Origin: a bacterium
GTDB taxonomy: Bacteria > UBA8248
NCBI GenBank assembly: GCA_963692865.2
Contig: OY843592.1
Location: 2,880,001-2,944,000 of the forward strand
Reading direction: 5' to 3'
DNA length: 64,000 bases
Shown here: piece by piece, positions 1 to 10,271 of the stretch
Layout: each line of letters begins with the position of its first letter
Numbering within the stretch: position 1 is the first letter of the stretch
Translations under genes and position numbers: made by a program
Notes under the pieces: generated by a model
The model's database searches: none
The model's input: the letters and a program-made list of their open reading frames with translations, nothing else
What the model was told of the DNA's origin: nothing

Positions 1-665
1 GTGTCGCGCGTAATCCCTCCCAGCACCCCATGCAGCGGCGGCGTCTTGAGCACGCCGTCTCTGACGATGAAGATGTTCTCGCCCGAACCCTGCGTCACCA
101 GACCCTCCGGGTCCAGCATGAGCGCCTCATCAAAACCCGCGCCGACGGCTTCGAGTTTCGCCATCTGGCTCACGGCGTAGTTGCCCGTGGTCTTGGCCTT
201 GGTCATGTAGCTGTTCGGGTGATGGGACGTGAAGGACGAGACCTTCACTCTGATGCCTTTGGCCAGGCCCTCTTCGCCCAGGTACGCCCCCCAACTCCAC
301 ACGGCCACCATCGCATGGGTGGGCGACCCCTTGGGGTTCACCCCCATGGAGCCGTAACCGAGCCAGATGAGCGGGCGAATGTAGCATGCCTCCATCTCGT
401 TGGCGCGAATCGTCTCCAACACCGCCTGGGTGAAGTCATCCTGGGAGACGGGCGCATCGAGCCCCACGATCTGCGCGGAATCATAGAGCCTCCGCATATG
501 CTCTTCGAGGCGGAAGACGGCGGAGCCGCGCTCGGTCCGGTAGCAGCGAATCCCCTCGAATACCCCCAATCCGTAGTGCAGCGAATGCGTGAGGACATGA
601 ATCCTGGCTTCATCCCAGGGGACGAACTTGCCGTCCATCCAAATTTTATCCGTTGCGCCTTCCAA
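1..665 (-). CDS. ilvE: Branched-chain amino acid aminotransferase (3' end runs off the window)
   Basis: Not in the ORF track. Manual minus-strand translation from TTG at 665 (GGAGG upstream) gives EGATDKIWMDGKFVPWDEARIHVLTHSLHYGLGVFEGIRCY...YIRP...KAKTTGNY...GSGENIF...GITRDT, which carries class IV aminotransferase motifs. Confidence 0.93.
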   Translation of the reverse strand, partial: MEGATDKIWMDGKFVPWDEARIHVLTHSLHYGLGVFEGIRCYRTERGSAVFRLEEHMRRLYDSAQIVGLDAPVSQDDFTQAVLETIRANEMEACYIRPLIWLGYGSMGVNPKGSPTHAMVAVWSWGAYLGEEGLAKGIRVKVSSFTSHHPNSYMTKAKTTGNYAVSQMAKLEAVGAGFDEALMLDPEGLVTQGSGENIFIVRDGVLKTPPLHGVLGGITRD

Positions 666-722
666 AAAAACATCCTCCAGTTCTGCGGGATTGTGGAGTA
701 CGGAGTTTCGGACAACCGCGCA

Positions 723-752
723 AGTATAGTGATTCGAGACGGATGGGCGCAA
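723..752 (-). promoter_or_regulatory. Candidate sigma70-type promoter for ilvE
   Basis: Minus strand reads TTGCGC-N18-TATACT about 60 bp upstream of the start; pattern match only. Confidence 0.4.
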
Positions 753-793
753 GCCTCCGAGGCAAATAAATCATGCGCAATTCCCGGTCGAAA

Positions 794-1777
794 TCAGTCT
801 TCGTACACCTCGGGATTGAGCAGCGTCTTGGGATTCACCCGTTCTCCCCTCATCGCGGCCAGCACGTTATCGCCCGCCAGCCGATTCACGCGCTCGCGCG
901 CCTGGTGGCTTGCTCCTGCGAAGTGCGGCGTAACCACGGCGTTCGGAAGCCCGAAGAGGGGGTTTTCGGCGTCCGGGGGTTCTTCCTCGAAGACGTCGAT
1001 GCCGGCCGAGGCGATTTCCCCTTCCCTGAGCGCGTGGACCAGCGCCGCCTCGTCGATAATCGCCCCGCGCGCGCAGTTCACGAGCACGGCCGATTTTTTC
1101 ATCAATCGAAACCTGCGGGCATCGAACATGTGCCGCGTCTCGGGCGTGAGGCTGCAATGAATCGATATGAAATCGGATTCGCTCGTCAAGCCGTCCAAAT
1201 CCACCGGCTCCGCACCCGCCTCGCGTATCGCCTCATCGCTCACGAAAGCGTCATACGCCAGGATGCGGCCCTGAAAGCCCGAGAGCAGCCGGGCCAGCTC
1301 CCTCCCGATGTTCCCGAAGCCGACGATGCCGAACGTCGCCCCGCTCATCTCGTTGGCGATCCAGATGCCTTCGCGCCAACCTCCCTTGCGCAGTTTCTCC
1401 ATCCCCTGGGGAATCCGGCGGCTCGCGGCCAGCATTAGCCCGAGAGACGCTTCCGCCACGGCGACGGCGTTCGCGCCCGGGCAGTTCGTCACCGGAATTT
1501 TTCGTTTCGTCGCCGCGGGAATGTCTATGTTCTCCACACCCACGCCTATCTTGGCGATGAGTTTCAGGCGCGTCGCGGCCTTTATCACCCGCTCCGTGAT
1601 CTGTTCTCTCGAGGTCACCAACAAGGCGTCCCATTCATGGGCGTCGCGCACCAACTCGTCTTCGGTCCACTTTCTGTTGCCGCCGTCGCGAAACTCGCCA
1701 TGCGGCTTCAGCATGTTTCGCAGCGATTCGATGGGCGCGCGCGCCTCGGGCACGAAAAAAACGACGTTCCGGTTCAA
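794..1777 (-). CDS. D-isomer-specific 2-hydroxyacid dehydrogenase (phosphoglycerate dehydrogenase-like)
   Basis: GVGVENID, GIVGFGNIG Rossmann motif, VNCARG, DVFEEEP, TPHFAG; no ACT domain. Confidence 0.9.
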   Translation of the reverse strand: MNRNVVFFVPEARAPIESLRNMLKPHGEFRDGGNRKWTEDELVRDAHEWDALLVTSREQITERVIKAATRLKLIAKIGVGVENIDIPAATKRKIPVTNCPGANAVAVAEASLGLMLAASRRIPQGMEKLRKGGWREGIWIANEMSGATFGIVGFGNIGRELARLLSGFQGRILAYDAFVSDEAIREAGAEPVDLDGLTSESDFISIHCSLTPETRHMFDARRFRLMKKSAVLVNCARGAIIDEAALVHALREGEIASAGIDVFEEEPPDAENPLFGLPNAVVTPHFAGASHQARERVNRLAGDNVLAAMRGERVNPKTLLNPEVYED

Positions 1778-1813
1778 AAAACACCCTCCACTCAGACACC
1801 GCGCGCCAACCGG

Positions 1814-2611
1814 CTAGGTGCCGACAATCAACGTGGACGTTCGATCCCTAAGGAAGGAAAAAGTCGAGAGATACGTCAATATGCCCGTCCGATGATTCTC
1901 GGACGGTACATTCTCAATCCGAATGAAAGAGCGCCCGAATTCCCCCACCGCTTCGACCTCGTGGATGTTCCGGTCGACCGTGGGGTCGCACATGACCCGC
2001 AACTTCGTCCTAAGCGGACCGATGCCTGCGAAACTCACGGCGGCGGACACGTTCACGTTCGCCGGAAACGCTTTGCACGCCTCCAGGGGATTCCCCTCGA
2101 AAATCACCGTCGGCTCATCGATGGCGTCGAGATCGATTCCCTGCGCCTCGATATAGGGGGCTCCTTTGAGGCTCTCGGGCGGCTTTCGGGTCGTCATGGT
2201 GACGGATTCCATGCTGCCTACCGAGGCTCCTTTGAGACCGTCCAATCCGATGATGGCGCCCGACGGAACGAATATGCGGGAACCTCTCCGCTTCGCCTCT
2301 TCGATCAAATCATCCCGATCGAGAAGCGCACCCACGGAGTTGATGATCACGTCTTTCCCCCGCGTGAAACTCTCATGGCAAACCGCCTCCACTGTGTTTC
2401 CGCCCGAGGCTTCCATTATGACGTCCGCCGCCTGCGCCACGCCCGCCAGATCCGTCATGCGCGGCGGATTCTCGAGACCCGCCAGAAAATCTTCCACTTT
2501 TTCGAGTGTCCGCGTCGAGGCGACCGGTATTTCGATGGGCACTCTTCCCTCATCCGCCGCCTTCACCACGGCCTTGCCTATGACGCCCAAGCCCACAACG
2601 CCCAGTTTCAT
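1814..2611 (-). CDS. nadX: L-aspartate dehydrogenase
   Basis: GLGVIG, SVGAL, PSGAIIGLD, TRKPP, FPANVNVSAA and DPTVDRNIHEV motifs; 265 aa. Confidence 0.88.
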   Translation of the reverse strand: MKLGVVGLGVIGKAVVKAADEGRVPIEIPVASTRTLEKVEDFLAGLENPPRMTDLAGVAQAADVIMEASGGNTVEAVCHESFTRGKDVIINSVGALLDRDDLIEEAKRRGSRIFVPSGAIIGLDGLKGASVGSMESVTMTTRKPPESLKGAPYIEAQGIDLDAIDEPTVIFEGNPLEACKAFPANVNVSAAVSFAGIGPLRTKLRVMCDPTVDRNIHEVEAVGEFGRSFIRIENVPSENHRTGILTYLSTFSFLRDRTSTLIVGT

Positions 2612-2695
2612 AGCGCTCTCCGCGAAATAAAAGATTTCATTTCAATGACTTAAATGAATATACTTCGTCCAAAAAAATCAATTCGCTCAAGCAGG

Positions 2696-3769
2696 CTATT
2701 CAACGCGGCTTCCCAGACCGAGACGCCAGTGATCCGCCAATACGAGCGCCATCATCGCCTCGCCTATGGGCACCGCCCGCGTCGCCACGCACGGGTCGTG
2801 CCGCCCCTCCACCCTCACGGTCGTTTTCTCTCCAGTCGTCGTCACCGTGTCCTGCTCGATTAGAATGGAGGAAGTCGGCTTCACGACGAACCGAACCACC
2901 ACGGGCGCGCCCGTGGATATGCCGCCCAAAATTCCACCCGCGTTGTTCGTCCTCACTATCGTATCGCCGTTTTTCATCTCGAACGGATCGTTGTTCTCCG
3001 AACCCCGCATGCCTGCGGCCCGAAAACCGGAGCCGATTTCGACCCCCTTCACCGCGTTGATGCTCATCATCGCCGCCGCAAGGTCGGCGTCGAGACGCCC
3101 GTAAAGCGGCTCTCCCCAGCCGGCGGGAACGCCGTCGGCCCGGACCGTAATGGCCCCGCCCACGGAATCACCCGCCTTTCTCGCCTCCAGAATGGCCGCT
3201 TCCATCCGGGACGCCGTTTCCGCGTCCGGGCAGCGCACGATGTTTCGCTCTATCTCATCCGCGTCGAAATGCGCGCCGTCCCAACGAACCTCCGCCACCT
3301 GATCGACGTAACCCACAATCGATACGCCGAGGCGGGAGAGGAGTTTCTTGGCTATCGCTCCCGCCGCGACGCGAGCGGCCGTCTCCCGCGCGCTGGAGCG
3401 TCCTCCTCCCCGGTGATCCCGAATCCCCCATTTTCGGATATATGTAAAATCCGCATGCCCCGGGCGAAACAGGTGGCGCAGGGGTTCATATTTACTCGAA
3501 TCGGCGTCCTTGTTTCGGATGAGCACCGAGATGGGATGCCCGGTAGTCAAACCTTCGAAGACGCCGGATAAAATCTCGGCGCGGTCCTCTTCATTCCGCT
3601 GGGTCGTCACACGGCTCTGGCCCGGCCGCCTGCGGTCCAAATCCCGCTGCAAATCAGATTCACTGAGCGGCAGGCCCGCCGGGCACCCGTCCACCACGAC
3701 GCCCAGGGCGGGGCCGTGGGACTCACCCCAGGTAGTAAAGCGAAACAAACGGCCAAAAGTGTTCGACAC
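2696..3769 (-). CDS. aroC: Chorismate synthase
   Basis: [42 protein letters not shown]. Confidence 0.98.
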   Translation of the reverse strand: MSNTFGRLFRFTTWGESHGPALGVVVDGCPAGLPLSESDLQRDLDRRRPGQSRVTTQRNEEDRAEILSGVFEGLTTGHPISVLIRNKDADSSKYEPLRHLFRPGHADFTYIRKWGIRDHRGGGRSSARETAARVAAGAIAKKLLSRLGVSIVGYVDQVAEVRWDGAHFDADEIERNIVRCPDAETASRMEAAILEARKAGDSVGGAITVRADGVPAGWGEPLYGRLDADLAAAMMSINAVKGVEIGSGFRAAGMRGSENNDPFEMKNGDTIVRTNNAGGILGGISTGAPVVVRFVVKPTSSILIEQDTVTTTGEKTTVRVEGRHDPCVATRAVPIGEAMMALVLADHWRLGLGSRVE

Positions 3770-3780
3770 AATCTTCCTCT

Positions 3781-4320
3781 CTAACTTTCGGGCTGCGACA
3801 GCACCGCGCGTATTTCCGGGAGAACCGCCGCGACGACCTCTTGGGGCGCGCGCGTGTTCTCCACGATCAGGCTTGCGAGTTCTTCATAGCGCGGAACGCG
3901 CTTTTTGAAAAGCAGACGAAGCGCCCCTTCAGGATTCTCTTCGTTTTCGAGATAGGCCGGCCAGCCATCGGCCCGCACCCGCTCGGTGATTTCATCCTCG
4001 CCCACCTGGAGATACACCACGCAATGGGACGCAAGCAGAGAATCGACGCCCGGCGTCATCGGAGTGCCGCCGCCGAGCGCCAGAACGAGGTTTTTTCGCC
4101 CCAATTGCTCGCGCAGCAAGTCATTTTCCAGCGCTCGGAAGGATTCTTCGCCTCTCGTTCTGAAAACTTCGCGAAATCTGAGTCGTTCTCCCGTTTCCTC
4201 GAAATGTCTTTGCTCGATCAAGTGGTCGAGATCGAGAAAGGAGAACCCCATTTTCTCGGCGAGCAGAGGCCCGATTGTCGATTTTCCGCATCCCTTGAAA
4301 CCGATGAGCGCGACGCTCAA
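3781..4320 (-). CDS. aroK: Shikimate kinase
   Basis: P-loop [25 protein letters not shown]; adjacent to aroC. Confidence 0.92.
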   Translation of the reverse strand: MSVALIGFKGCGKSTIGPLLAEKMGFSFLDLDHLIEQRHFEETGERLRFREVFRTRGEESFRALENDLLREQLGRKNLVLALGGGTPMTPGVDSLLASHCVVYLQVGEDEITERVRADGWPAYLENEENPEGALRLLFKKRVPRYEELASLIVENTRAPQEVVAAVLPEIRAVLSQPES

Positions 4321-5306
4321 GAGAAACCCTCCATACGAGACTCAAACTCCAGATACCGGGACACCATATCATGGGCCTTTCCCAATAAAACTCCGAAATC
4401 CTCGTCCAAGGGTTCAAACCAGTTCACGCCCTCCAGCTTTTGAAACCAGGTGCGCTGTCTTTTGGCGTAGTTGCGATGCAGTCTGGATATTTCCTGAACC
4501 GCCTCATCCTCGGCCAACTGTCCATTCCGCAGCGCAAGGGCTTCCCGGAATCCGAGACCCTCGAAAATCCGGGCGTCGGTGAGATTCATCTCGGACAGCA
4601 TCGCCACCTCTTCCAGCATTCCGCCCGAGAGCATCCGCCGCACCCTGCGCTCGATCCGCCCGGCGAGGACGGACGCCGGGTATCTGAGACCGATATACAA
4701 CGGAGACGAGAACCTGGGCGCGTTCTGATCGGCGCGCAATCGTGAAACCGGCCGCCCCGTCGCCTCATACACCTCCAGGGCGCGAACCACCCTTCGTAAG
4801 TCGTTGGGGTGGAGCTTTGCGGCCGTTTCGGGGTCGACGGCGGCGAGGCGCTCGTGCATGGCCGCATGCCCGCACCTTGAGGCCTCCGCCTCCAATCGCT
4901 CCCTGATTTCCGGCTGCGCTTCGGGCCCCTCAAAAAATCCTTCCACCAAAGCGCGTATATACAAACCGCTCCCTCCCACCACGAGCGGACATGCGCCCCT
5001 GCGGTAAATACCCTCAATGCAAAGAATCGCCTCATCCGCATAGCGCGCCGCGCTATACGTCTCCCCGAGTTCCGCAACATCCATCATATGATGCGGAACG
5101 CCGCCGCGCTCACTCAAGCCGGGCTTGGCGGTGCCCACGCCGATGCCCCGATAAATCTGTCTGGCGTCGGCGCCGACTATTTCGAGAGACACTCCCACTT
5201 CCTGGAAGCGTCTGGCCAGCGCCACGCCGAAATCCGTTTTTCCCGAACACGTGGTTCCCACAACGAGAATGATGGGGCATGGGTTTTTCGATTGCCCACG
5301 ACTCAT
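4317..5306 (-). CDS. miaA: tRNA dimethylallyltransferase
   Basis: GTTCSGKT, DARQIY, GTAKP, VGGSGLY, RALEV, YAKRQRTWF. Confidence 0.97.
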   Translation of the reverse strand: MSRGQSKNPCPIILVVGTTCSGKTDFGVALARRFQEVGVSLEIVGADARQIYRGIGVGTAKPGLSERGGVPHHMMDVAELGETYSAARYADEAILCIEGIYRRGACPLVVGGSGLYIRALVEGFFEGPEAQPEIRERLEAEASRCGHAAMHERLAAVDPETAAKLHPNDLRRVVRALEVYEATGRPVSRLRADQNAPRFSSPLYIGLRYPASVLAGRIERRVRRMLSGGMLEEVAMLSEMNLTDARIFEGLGFREALALRNGQLAEDEAVQEISRLHRNYAKRQRTWFQKLEGVNWFEPLDEDFGVLLGKAHDMVSRYLEFESRMEGFS

Positions 5307-5422
5307 GGGCTTGGAGCTTCAGGCAGGGGGGAGTCGCTTCCCCAAGAGATGAAAACGCCTCGGAAGCGTTTCGATTCCAGGCTGGGCATGAGAGCGAGCA
5401 CAGGGGGCGCCTCGCCTGAAAG

Positions 5423-5950
5423 TCAAAGCGCTTCGAGCGCGTCCCGAAACGCGGCCAGATCCGCATCCGAGAACAGTACGAACTCTATGCGGGTAAGCAC
5501 GCCCGACGGCGTTTGCAAGTGCGCCGTGCAGACCTCGAGCATGCGGGAGGCGACCACATTTACGTCCAGCCCCCCGACGCCGGTCCCGATGGCGGGAAAC
5601 GCGATGCTGCCCAGCGAATTCTCCTCGGCCACCTCGAGGCTCGCGCGCGTGCAGGCTTCCACGATTTCAGGCGATGTCCGCAGGTCGGTCCCCATTCCCG
5701 CCGCATGGATCACGTGCCGGGCGGGGAGTTCGCCGCCACCCGTGATTACGGCGTCTCCGACCCGAATCGGCCCCTTGGATACGGCCTCGGCTTCTATCTC
5801 CTCCCCGCCTTTTCTCTTGATGGCGCCCGCCACGCCCGCGCCCATCCAGAGACGGTTGTTGGCCGCGTTCACTATGGCGTCCACGCCGGACTCGGTGATA
5901 TCACCCTGCCGGAGAACCACGCACCCACGACCGACGCGCTTTTCATTCAT
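5423..5950 (-). CDS. Macro-domain protein (ADP-ribose binding / O-acetyl-ADP-ribose deacetylase-like)
   Basis: GDIT...DAIVNAAN...GAGVAGAI...VIHA...SIAFPAIGTGVGG. Confidence 0.93.
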   Translation of the reverse strand: MNEKRVGRGCVVLRQGDITESGVDAIVNAANNRLWMGAGVAGAIKRKGGEEIEAEAVSKGPIRVGDAVITGGGELPARHVIHAAGMGTDLRTSPEIVEACTRASLEVAEENSLGSIAFPAIGTGVGGLDVNVVASRMLEVCTAHLQTPSGVLTRIEFVLFSDADLAAFRDALEAL

Positions 5951-6011
5951 GAGGAAAAGTTCCGATTGGGCGGGAGCGCCCCGGAGGACACTTTATTTGA
6001 AAACCGTTTTA

Positions 6012-6404
6012 TCAGAAGAGAGAATCATCCTTCGACGACTCCCCATTCGCATCTGAATCGGCCGACGCGGAAGCGCCTTGTCCCGAAGGCTCAGGCGATC
6101 CTCCATCATCTCCGAAAGGAGCCGGCCCGTCGTGATCGACCATCTGCCTCAATTCTTTCCCGGCCTTGAAGAACGGCACATTCTTGGGCGGAATCGCCAC
6201 CGCCTCGCCCGTTCTCGGGTTTCGGCCGTCGCGGCTGTTTCTCGAACGAACGCGGAAACTCCCGAATCCACGCAACTCCACCTTGTCGCCTTCCGACAAG
6301 GCGCCCATGATGCTCCCGAAAACGATATTCACGACGCGCTCGGTGTCTTTTTTCGTGAGATTGATTTTCTCAGCTATCAGCTCAACCAACTCGGCCTTGG
6401 TCAT
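6012..6404 (-). CDS. ihfB: Integration host factor beta / HU-family protein with an acidic C-terminal tail
   Basis: MTKAEL...VELRGFGSF...GRNPRTGE...PFFKAGKELR; lies downstream of rpsA, as ihfB usually does. Confidence 0.85.
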   Translation of the reverse strand: MTKAELVELIAEKINLTKKDTERVVNIVFGSIMGALSEGDKVELRGFGSFRVRSRNSRDGRNPRTGEAVAIPPKNVPFFKAGKELRQMVDHDGPAPFGDDGGSPEPSGQGASASADSDANGESSKDDSLF

Positions 6405-6654
6405 GAGAATCATCATCCTCCCTGGGAGCGCGCAGTGGGTGCACTCTTATTTCGGAGAACGCACGCTTCGGTGTTTGGGATTCGGCTTTCATCGGGCGTA
6501 ATCACCGAATCAAACGAGGCGATCCACCCGCGCCACATCGCACGTACTGTGAATCGACCGAATGCCGAAAACGACGAACCTCCTCAGGCGACGAGGCGTT
6601 TCGCAATCCTGCGTTCCACACAATTCATCGGACGGCTTCACGCCATCCGCTCGA

Positions 6655-8508
6655 TTATTCCGCTTTCTCTTCCTCGTCCGTTTCTTGCGCAACCTCCGCA
6701 ACGGTTTCCACCTGGGACGACACCTCCGCAACGACTTCCGCCTCGTGTTCGTCCTCTACCTCCACTTCCTCTACTTCTTCGACGGAGGTCGCGCTTTCCT
6801 CTTCAGCCGGCTCTGCGGGCTGGGGCGCCCGGCTGATGACCGGGTCCTCACCGGTGGATTCCACATAGGCGCGGATGCTCAGCCCCAGTCTTCTCTGCTC
6901 CCTGTCGATCTTGATGACGCGCATTTTGAACACGTCGCCCACGTGCACCACGTCTTGCGGTTCTTTCACTTTGTCCGAATCGAGTTCGGAGATGTGCACC
7001 AGCCCCTCCAGGTCTTCCTCCGGAGAAGCGAATACGCCGAAGTTCGTTATCTTCGTGATTTTCGCCTCGATATCGTCATCCACCGCATAGCGGTCGTTGA
7101 TGTCGTCCCAAGGATCCGGGGTGATTTGCTTCATGCCGAGAGAGAGGCGTTCCTTCTCGACGTCCACGCTCAGCACGACCGCTTCGACCTCCTGGCCCTT
7201 GCGCAGGATCTCGGAGGGGTGTTTGAAGCGCTGGGTCCAGGAAATGTCCGAAATGTGGATGAGGCCGTCGATGCCTTCGTCCAGGGCGACGAAGGCGCCG
7301 AATTCCGTCAAATTCCGGATGCTGCCCGTCACGCGCATTCCCACGGGGTACTTCTCCTCCACCGTGGTCCACGGGTTCGCCTCCACCTGCTTCATGCCCA
7401 GGGAGATGCGGCGGCCCTCCTTGTCGAGGTTCAAAACGACGGCTTCCACCACGTCTCCCACCGCGACGAATTTCGAGGGATGGCGAACGCGCCTCGTCCA
7501 GGACATCTCCGACACATGCACCAAGCCTTCGACGCCCTGTTCGAGTTCGACGAAAGCGCCGTAATCGGTGATGGAGACGACGCGTCCACGGACCTTGCCG
7601 GTCATGGGGTATTTGATTTCCACGTGCTCCCAGGGGTCCGGCGTGATCTGCTTGTGGCCCAGGGAGACGCGCTCGCGCTCCATGTCGTATTTGAGCACGA
7701 TGACCTTGACACTGTCCCCGATGGAGAGAAGCTCGCTCGGGTGACCCACCCGCCCCCAGGACATGTCCGTGATGTGAAGCAGGCCGTCGATTCCGCCCAG
7801 GTCGATGAAGGCCCCGTAGTCGGTGATGTTCTTGACGACGCCGACCTTCTCCATGCCTTCGGTGAGATTGGCGAGCGTCTCGCGCTTGAGTTCCGCTCTT
7901 TCATCTTCCAGCAACACGCGCCTGGAGAGAACGATGTTCCCCCGCTTTCTGTTGAGCTTGATGATCTTCATGTCGAAGGATTTGCCGATGAACTGATCAA
8001 GGTTCCTCACCGGCCTGAGATCGACCTGGGAACCAGGCAAGAAGGCCTTGAGGCCGATGTCGACCGTAAGCCCGCCCTTGATGCGCGCGACCACCTCGCC
8101 CTGGATGATCTCGTCGTTGTCATGGGCCTTGCTGATCTCGTCCCATATCTTGATGCGGTTGGCTTTCTCCTTCGACAGCACGATGAGGCCGTCGTCGTCC
8201 TCACGCTCTTCGACGAAAACCTCCACCCTGTCGCCAGGGTTGAGATCCCGCCCGCGGCTCGGGAACTCGAAGCGGGGCACCAGGCCCTCTGATTTATAAC
8301 CTACATCCACCAGCACGTATTCGCCTTCTATCCCTACAACCGTTCCTTCGATGATTTCGCCGTCCTTCACCTGCATCGTGGAGGCGTAGAGGTCATCCAT
8401 TTGTTCGGCAGAAAGGGTGTCGGGGTCTACCTCGTCCGGGAGTAATTCGGCCACCTTCGCCGAGAAGTCGGGAGACGTCTCGGTTTCGTTAGGGGAAGTT
8501 TCACTCAT
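6655..8508 (-). CDS. rpsA: 30S ribosomal protein S1
   Basis: Six S1 repeats (DYGAFIDLGGIDGLLHITDMSW and similar), AFLPGSQVD; follows cmk. Confidence 0.98.
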   Translation of the reverse strand: MSETSPNETETSPDFSAKVAELLPDEVDPDTLSAEQMDDLYASTMQVKDGEIIEGTVVGIEGEYVLVDVGYKSEGLVPRFEFPSRGRDLNPGDRVEVFVEEREDDDGLIVLSKEKANRIKIWDEISKAHDNDEIIQGEVVARIKGGLTVDIGLKAFLPGSQVDLRPVRNLDQFIGKSFDMKIIKLNRKRGNIVLSRRVLLEDERAELKRETLANLTEGMEKVGVVKNITDYGAFIDLGGIDGLLHITDMSWGRVGHPSELLSIGDSVKVIVLKYDMERERVSLGHKQITPDPWEHVEIKYPMTGKVRGRVVSITDYGAFVELEQGVEGLVHVSEMSWTRRVRHPSKFVAVGDVVEAVVLNLDKEGRRISLGMKQVEANPWTTVEEKYPVGMRVTGSIRNLTEFGAFVALDEGIDGLIHISDISWTQRFKHPSEILRKGQEVEAVVLSVDVEKERLSLGMKQITPDPWDDINDRYAVDDDIEAKITKITNFGVFASPEEDLEGLVHISELDSDKVKEPQDVVHVGDVFKMRVIKIDREQRRLGLSIRAYVESTGEDPVISRAPQPAEPAEEESATSVEEVEEVEVEDEHEAEVVAEVSSQVETVAEVAQETDEEEKAE

Positions 8509-8643
8509 CTGTTTGCGTTACCTCGTTCTGGGAAAAAGAAATTGCCGCCACCGCTCAAGCACCCGTCGCTATAGCGGTCATCGGCATGAAATTGTCGGAA
8601 AAATTCATATTACACGCGAGAAAGACGAGAATCAACCAGTAAC

Positions 8644-9381
8644 TCAAGCATCCTCAATAACTTCCCCGTAAACCGAGCGGATGTTCTCTACCATGACCTC
8701 GATCACCCGGTCAACGCCCATACCGCTCGTATCGATTTCCACGGCGTCCTCGGCCTTGCGAAGCGGCGCGCTGGCCCTGTGGCGGTCTCTCTCGTCCCTG
8801 CGCTTCAAGTCTTCACGCAATCGCTCGGGATCGAAGGAGACTCCCCTCGCCTTGAGTTCAGCGAAGCGCCGCTCGATTCGCACCTCGATGTCCGCGTCGA
8901 GAAAAAATTTGAGCCCGGCCTCCGGGAAGACGACCGTGCCGATGTCTCGCCCGTCGATAACGGCCCCGCGCTCGCGCCCGAAATTCCTCTGGAAATCGAG
9001 CAGCGCCGCCCGCACTTCCGGTATCGCCGATACGCGCGACGCCATATCGCTTATCGCTTCTTCGCGGAGCGCGTCGGTAACGTCCTCCTCATCCAGAACG
9101 TTCTTCCAGTCATTCCCCTCTCTACGGCACTCGAAGCGCAAATCGCGCGCGGAGCCGACCGCCAGGCTCTCGAAATCATCTTCCCGATTTTTCTTCTGAA
9201 CCTGATAGCCCACCGCCCGGTAGAGCGCGCCGCTCTCGAGGTAGTCGAAACCCAGCCTCTCCGCGATCCCCTTGGCCGCCGTGCTCTTGCCCGAACCAGC
9301 GGGGCCGTCGACGGGAATGACGATGCCGGCCGATTTTCGGCGCGCGCGCGCGCTCAAGCCCATCCCTTTTTCCGCGCCCAT
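8644..9381 (-). CDS. cmk: Cytidylate kinase (true start may be ~9357-9363)
   Basis: DGPAGSGKST, SGALYRA, DGRDIGTVVFP, RRDERD. Confidence 0.96.
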   Translation of the reverse strand: MGAEKGMGLSARARRKSAGIVIPVDGPAGSGKSTAAKGIAERLGFDYLESGALYRAVGYQVQKKNREDDFESLAVGSARDLRFECRREGNDWKNVLDEEDVTDALREEAISDMASRVSAIPEVRAALLDFQRNFGRERGAVIDGRDIGTVVFPEAGLKFFLDADIEVRIERRFAELKARGVSFDPERLREDLKRRDERDRHRASAPLRKAEDAVEIDTSGMGVDRVIEVMVENIRSVYGEVIEDA

Positions 9382-10220
9382 TCATCCCGGCCGTCCTTGG
9401 CCTTTTGAAACGCGCGCTCAAGCCCCTCGGAATCCGCCTCATCCAGCATACGGCGAAGCGCCGCCAGTTCCCGCTCGAACCTCTCAAGCGCGCCCAGCAG
9501 CGCCTCCTGGTTGTCTTCGCAGATTTCGCGCCACATTTCCGCGCCCGAGGACGCGATTCGCGAAAAATCCCGAAACCCGCTCGCCGCATGACGGAGCGCA
9601 CCGCCATCGAGGGCGGTGTTCATCATGGCGTAGGCCACAAGGTGGGGCAGATGGCTGATGTCGGCCATCACGCGATCATGGGTTTCGGGGTCGAGAATCT
9701 CGACGTTTGCGCCCACGCCCTCCCAAAGCGCGCGCAGGCGTTCGATGGATTCGGGGTGCGTTCTCCGCGTCGGCGTCAGGATGGTCTGGTGCGCATCGAA
9801 GAGAGTGGAAAAACTCGCCTCCACGCCGGTCTTCTCGCCTCCGGCGACGGGATGGCTCGCCAGGAATTTCACCTCTCCCAAATCCATCGCCTCGACCGAC
9901 CGCACATACGGCGCCTTTACGCTGCCCACGTCGGTGAGCAGTGCTCCGGGGGCCATCTTCGGCAGAATCGCCTCCGTCACCCGCACGGCGGAACGTACGG
10001 GTGTGCACACCACCACGAGGTCCGAATCGCGCACCGCCGCGAGGTGATCCGTCTCGAAGCGGTCCACCACGCCAAGTTCAAGCGCGCGCTCCAGGTTGCC
10101 CAAGCTGCGGCCCGCTCCCACGAACCTCGAAACGAGGCCCCTCTCCCGGGCGGCGCGGGCCAGCGAGCCGCCGATGAGTCCCACGCCGATGATGGTCATC
10201 TGCTCAAAAAGCACTTTCAT
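9354..10220 (-). CDS. tyrA: Prephenate/arogenate dehydrogenase
   Basis: GVGLIGGS, TDVGSVK, HPVAGGE, HDRVMADISHLPH, GFRDFSRIASS. Confidence 0.95.
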   Translation of the reverse strand: MKVLFEQMTIIGVGLIGGSLARAARERGLVSRFVGAGRSLGNLERALELGVVDRFETDHLAAVRDSDLVVVCTPVRSAVRVTEAILPKMAPGALLTDVGSVKAPYVRSVEAMDLGEVKFLASHPVAGGEKTGVEASFSTLFDAHQTILTPTRRTHPESIERLRALWEGVGANVEILDPETHDRVMADISHLPHLVAYAMMNTALDGGALRHAASGFRDFSRIASSGAEMWREICEDNQEALLGALERFERELAALRRMLDEADSEGLERAFQKAKDGRDEWARKKGWA

Positions 10221-10271
10221 ATCCTTGTCATTATTTTATAAATTACATAAAGTTGCCAATGTATCTATTTG

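Noticed and set aside
5317-5422. Possible structured ncRNA between the macro-domain gene and miaA
   Set aside because: Only a 7-bp closing stem (TTCAGGC/GCCTGAA) and a small inner hairpin are visible, with no recognisable family motif.
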